Position numbers and translations under genes: made by a program | The notes under the pieces: model-generated | Seen by the model: the letters and a program-made list of their open reading frames with translations, nothing else | Told to the model about the DNA's origin: nothing | The model's database searches: none | Assembly: GCF_009914755.1 (NCBI RefSeq) | Contig: NC_060929.1 | Length of the DNA: 64,000 bases | Direction: 5' to 3' (one strand) | From: the human T2T-CHM13v2.0 reference genome, Homo sapiens | Part shown: piece by piece, positions 57,578-64,000 of the stretch | Layout of the letters: each line of letters opens with the position of its first letter | Position numbering within the stretch: the stretch's first letter is position 1

Positions 57578-58538
57578 CAAGACAGGCCTAGTGGTGATGA
57601 AATCCCTCAGAATTTGCTTGTCTGGAAAGGATTTTATTTCTCCTTTGCTTATGAAGCTTAGCTTGGCTGGAAATAAAATTCTGGGTTGAATTTTTTTTCT
57701 TTCAGCATGTTGAATATTTGCCTCCAATCTCTTCTGGCATGTAGGGTTTTTGTTGAGAGGTCTGCTGTTAGTCTGATGGGCTTCCATTTGTAGGTGACCT
57801 GGCCTTTCTCTCTGACTGCTCTTAACATATTTTTTTCCATTTCTACCTTGGAGAATCTGATGATTATGTGTTTTGGGGTTGATCTTCTCATGGAGTATCT
57901 TAGTGGTGTTCTCTGTATTTCCTGAATTTGCATGTTGGCCTGTCTTACTAGGTTGGGGAAGTTCTCCTGGATAATATCCTGAAGTGTTTTCCAGCTCGTT
58001 TCCATTCTCCCCGCCTCCTTCAGGTACTCCAATCAATTGTAGATTCAGTCTTTACGTATTTCCACATTTCTCGGAAGCTTTATTTGTTCCTTTTCATTCT
58101 TTTTTCTCTAATCTTGTCTGCATGCCTTATTTCAGCAAGGTGGTCTTCAAACTCTGATATCCTTTCTTCTGCTGGATCAATTCAGCTATTGATACTTGTG
58201 TTATATTCACAAACTTCCTGTGCTGTGTTTTTCAGCTCCATCAGGTCATTTATGTTCCTCTCTAAACTGATTATTCCAGTTAGCAGCTCCTCAAACCTTT
58301 TATCAAGGTTCTTAGCTTCTTTGAATTGGGTTAGAACATATTCCTTTAGCTCAGTGGAGTTTTTTATTACCCATTTTCTGAAGCCAACTTCTGTCAATTC
58401 ATCCATCTCATCCTCAATCCAGTTCTGTGCCCTTGCTGGAGAGGCAATGCAATCATTTGGAGGAGAAGAGGCACTCTGGCCTTTTGAGTTTTCAGCATTT
58501 TTTTGTTGATTCTTTTTCATCTTCATAAATTTTTCTAG

Positions 58539-58880
<342 letters not shown>

Positions 58881-60149
58881 TGTGGGAACTTTTTTATTGT
58901 TGATGCTGTTGTTGTTGCTTTTCGTTTGTGTGTTTTTCTTTCAATGGTCAAGTCCCTCTTCTGTATGGCTGCTGCAGTTTGCTGGGTGTTCACATCATGC
59001 CCTATTCATTTGGTTCACTCCCACGCCTGCTGATGTCACTCAGGGAGGCAGGAGAACAGCAAAGATGGGTGCCTGCTCCTTCTTCTTGGATCTCTGACCT
59101 CAAGGGACACCAATCTGATACCAGTAGGATTGCTCCTGTATAGGGTGTCTGACAACCCCTGTTGGAAGGTCTTACCCAGTTGGGTGGCATGGGGAACAGG
59201 ACCCATTTAACTAAGTACTTTGACGGTCCCTTGGTGGAGGGTGTGTGCTTCGCTTGGGGGAAACCCATTTGTCTGGGCTGCCCGGATTCCTCAAAACTAC
59301 CAGGAGGAAAGACTAAGTCTGCTGGTCTGCAGAGACTGTGGCCTCCCCTTCCCCAGAGGCTCAGGTCCAGGGAGATCAGGGTTCTGTCCCTGAGTCCCTG
59401 GCCAGAGTTGTTGGAGTTCTTGCAGGGAGGCCCCACCCAGTGAGGAAGGATGGATCTGGGTCAGGCCTGAATAGGTGCTCTGGCTGCAGTCTGCCACAGC
59501 CAGTGTGTTGCGCTCCAGGGAACACCTTTTGGGACCAAGCCGACCAGCCTGCCTGGCTGCAGCAGGGGAAAAGAACAGCCTGGAGCTATAGAGATGGATG
59601 CCGCCCTTCCCCTGCCCAGGGAGTTTAGCGTGTTAGGCAGTTATCAATCCCCATGCTGACTGCTGCCCCGCCCCGAAGGGGCTCAAAGGCTTAGACAGTA
59701 GGCAGCCACAGTTGTTGTGCTGGTTGGCCCTCACACCAGGTACTTGGCAGGCTTAAGCAGATTCTAGCTGACAGGCTGTTGAGAATCTGCGTGGCTCCAG
59801 GATTGGGACCCTAGGCCCCAGTGGTGTGGGTTCACCAGTGGGATCTTCCAATCCATGTCTCACACAATTCTATGGAAAAAGCATGGTTTCCCCTGCTGGG
59901 TAGCAAGCTCACTTACCACCTCCCTTGGCTAGGGGTTGGGGACTCCCCTGCCCCATGTGGCTCTCAGGTGGACTGCCTCACCCCACTGCTTTTTCTTCCT
60001 CTCTGTGGGTCACACCAGCCGCCTAATCAGTTCTGATGACAGAACCTGGATACCTTGGTTGCCAGTGCAGGATTCACACGCTATTATGGTTCTTTTCAAT
60101 GGGAGTCTCTGATCACCACTGCGTCTAATCAGCCATCTTGGCCCCGCCT

Positions 60150-62800
60150 GAGCTGACCCATTTTTGAAACAGTTTTATGTTTTCTCTTTCTCTGTTCAAG
60201 TAGTTATTAGGAACCTCTCAATCCCTATGCCGATGAAATCATGGATAGAAGACAACAGAGTCATAAGTACAACAGAGATAGATGACATGAGGTTGATGGG
60301 GTCTGAGATAACTCTGTAACTTACTTCTGTCCTCAGGACCTTCTAAAGTCTGATCCAAATGTTCTAATCCTACATTACAATGTATAACTGCTTTGCCCAG
60401 TCAATATTATAACTCTGTAGATGTGACAGCTCACAGCTCATAATTGCTAGCTACGATGCATAGGCATTTGATTTTTCAGTCTCTACTAGGGCCAGGTAGC
60501 ATGCCAGGGACTGTTTCCTGAAGGAACAGCCATCCAAGTCCTAGTGGTTGATACTGCAAATGTCCTATTGTGGCGTGTCAGAGAATCTATATGGCATTTC
60601 CATCAATCCCAGATATTTAGAATTGTGGGAACTGCTGGGTCATATGACCCAAACAGCCTCCCATTGTTCTGGTGCCCTCCAGAAACTGGCAGTGAAAATA
60701 GATTTGAGTATTATTCTCAAGGGTATATATTCCCTCCAAAACTTGGAGCAGCCTGCCAAGCTCTGTGCTTCTCTTAGTGATGGCTGATATGAGGTGCTCT
60801 TCTCTTTAAAGGGGAGGCCATGACATAGCCAAGACCTTAAGTTATTAAGAATACAAATGTTTCTGCTTTTTCACCCCAAAACCTATATTTTGATTAACCA
60901 CATGATCAGAGGTCACTGTTTTGGAGTCATCCATTTGGAATATCCTACTACAATTGCTGTTACTCCACAAGACAAAAAAAAAAAAGAGAATTTTTTCAGC
61001 TACTAAGGGTATCCATCTTAGACATGTAGAAAATAACCAGGTGAATTATTGGCCCTACTGACTTCACTGTAAGATATATCTGGGTCAAGAATATATTATC
61101 TGGCCTCCTTATGTCCCCCCCACATAATTGTGGGGGGCGGGGAGCTATAAAAGCATTTGAGGCCTTTTAATGTCAATGGTAGATTAGCTCCTGTATGTAA
61201 AAGCCCTGAAAATATATAGACACTTTCTTTGGTGTTAAATTACTTGGTGAATGGCCATAGACCAATTGTGCACACTTTCTTTAGTATGGTATAGTATATT
61301 ATATACTCAATCCTTAAACTTTAATCCTCTGTCAATCCATGAACACTGGCTCTGGGAACTTACTCAGGATTAGAAACTGAGAAAATGAGGGATCCTGATT
61401 CTTTCCATTGGGGGAGTGATAGTTTATATCAAGCAGCAACCTTCTTGGTTTCTCATCTATTTTGTCTCTATTAGCCATCATCATGGATCCCTATGAGTCA
61501 GTGTCCCCTAGTTAGCATTCTGGCCTTGGAGCCGGCTACAGTAATTCCATCAAATTTGAATCTTATATTTAAATACTGCTATATTGCATCTTCTATTCCA
61601 GAGTCCTATCATCTCAATTGTCAATAGGAATACCAGTTCCATAATACCATCCCTACTATCAATCTTTTCCAGCAGATGACAGCCATTACTGAGCTTCTCA
61701 GTGATGTCATGACCTTTTCACTAGCACATTTCTTTAAGGGCTAGTGAAGGGAGTGCTCTACTTATCCTCATGGTGAATGTAGTAAGCTGATATGTTCTTG
61801 AGTCTTATATAATAGATCCATTCTAGAACAATACATCTGTGAGCCTTATGTTTTCTTTGCCAACAATGCCTAGGCAGTTCTAGCACATTTGCCTCTTTAG
61901 GACCCTTTTCAGGAGTTGTTACAGGTGCTTTGAATCTGAATCATGGGAGAACATTCCCAGACAGCAAACTCTCCATTATTTAGCTATATTCTGCTCTCTG
62001 GTTTAGCACCATCATGTATCATTCCCAGGCATGTTTTCTCAGTTCTTGCTGGAACCTATTTACCTGGCCCTGCAGATCCTTCTGTGAATAATCCCTTTTG
62101 GTATGGTCAGTGCTTTCTTAGTTGGGCTATGTTAAGCTTGATCCTCATTACTGGTATGTTAGTCAAGAGGAGAGGGGGATGGATTTTGAGGAGGGCAAGC
62201 AAATTCTTGTAAGATATATGCCTCAACTGATGTTTCTTTATGTATTCTAGATGTGGGAGGAGTACAATCCTGCATGCTAAGAGGGTTCAGAGAACTATGG
62301 GTGTTCAAGTATTAAAAAAGTTAGTTAGAAGATTTTATTAAATTTTCTCAGGTGCACCCACATAAATATCCCCATTTCCAGGCCTCAGTCACACTGTGAG
62401 GGACATGAGGGACGTGACTTTGACATTGGAGATTTGCATGCTGTGGGTTCAGACTTCACTTATAGAACATGCTAAGTTAGGTGTTTATCCTTGATGCATT
62501 CAGATGTCATCAGGAAAGCATGAACTTGAACACATGGGATCAAAAGTTCAGCAGAGAATGTGTATGAAAGTTCAATTCAAAGAATAGGTTTTTGACTTGG
62601 CTGGTACCCTGAAACGTGTCAATGAAAGTGAGAGAGACTGAAACCATTTCACAATGTAGGTATAGAAACTTCCTTTACTTTAACTACTGTACTGAGGTAA
62701 AAGGTACAAAGTAGGAGATGTTTAATATTTCTGTGCTTTTTCTAAGATACAGGCACTTGAGACCTGTGTAGATTCTGCTTTAAGTTCTATCTAAATCATG
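60150..62800 (-). mobile_element. Highly decayed ERVL-class internal region (pol, possibly gag)
   Basis: Continuous through the L1 TSD with the RNase H remnant (minus strand aaatgggtcagct, DGSA-like); DNIFLT at about 61084-61101 resembles the RT DD motif; right boundary uncertain. Confidence 0.45.
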
Positions 62801-63409
62801 CCTGCTATTTCTATTCTGTGCATTAACACTAACAAAATGAAAAGCCAGTGGAAAAAGACTTCGAAGTAACTTTCAACTAAGTTTATAATGCTTGAATGAT
62901 CATAGAACAAAGCTGATTTTAAAATTATGTTTAAAGTGGTCGTTGTAAATGGGGTAAATTTTTTTTCATAATTCCTAAATATGATTGTTTTGACCCATTA
63001 TTTTTTGGTTGTGACCCACTTTTAGCAGTTTCTAAGCACATCTGGCACCAGCAGGTAACTTTTAAAGTGGTAGAGAGTCTGAATAAGAAGCTGGGTTTTA
63101 CAAGATCTTCAGTTATGCTTTGCCTCTGAAGATGTGGGATAAAGTAATGGGTAGGTCCTGTAGTCAAGGAGAGAAGTGATTTCTAAGTAAATAGCAGGAA
63201 ACCTTCTGGTACACAAAGAAGCCATATGGAATAGAAATACCAGAAGTCAACTTCACAGATGAATTTTACGTCATTGATATAGTTCTGCATTTTTTTCTTC
63301 CTGCTTTTTATAAGGTTTGCTAAAATATAGGAAGTCCAAAGGGAATCCAAAACTAAAATGTAGAGCTATTTTTTTCACTGTTAAACTATAATTGAATAGT
63401 CAGTGTTGA

Positions 63410-64000
<591 letters not shown>

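Noticed and set aside
60150-62800. Domesticated or intact retroviral gene
   Set aside because: No minus-strand ORF of 60 aa or more appears in the track for this interval; the motifs are heavily decayed.

Overview
Primate (human- or ape-like) non-coding genomic DNA that is AT-rich and mostly made of transposable elements. It contains two full-length but inactivated L1PA elements with target-site duplications (37.9-44.0 kb and 52.5-60.1 kb) and many truncated or inverted L1PA/L1PB/L1MA/L1MC/L1ME pieces. It also has nine Alus (J, S and Y types), solo LTRs (MLT1, MER4 family, LTR10), decayed ERVL internal sequence, L2/MIR remnants and DNA-transposon MITEs (MER85, MER81, MER1B, Tigger3a, MADE1). 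I see no intact cellular protein-coding gene, RNA gene or CRISPR array; the recognisable ORFs in the track are L1 ORF1/ORF2 fragments or Alu/antisense artefacts. I cannot support a claim of a new biological system. The most unusual signals are structural: (1) a MER4-family solo LTR bracketed by a ~450-bp direct duplication instead of only a 4-bp TSD; (2) a composite Tigger3a-[L1 ORF1 filler]-Tigger3a unit in a single TA site; (3) orphan non-repeat DNA captured inside or against L1s; (4) an L1-insertion-associated ~2 kb deletion, two twin-priming inversions and a 1.2-kb L1MA fold-back; (5) several perfect hairpin or snap-back scars. Family and subfamily names come from my recall of consensus sequences and need RepeatMasker/Dfam confirmation; boundaries of old elements are approximate.
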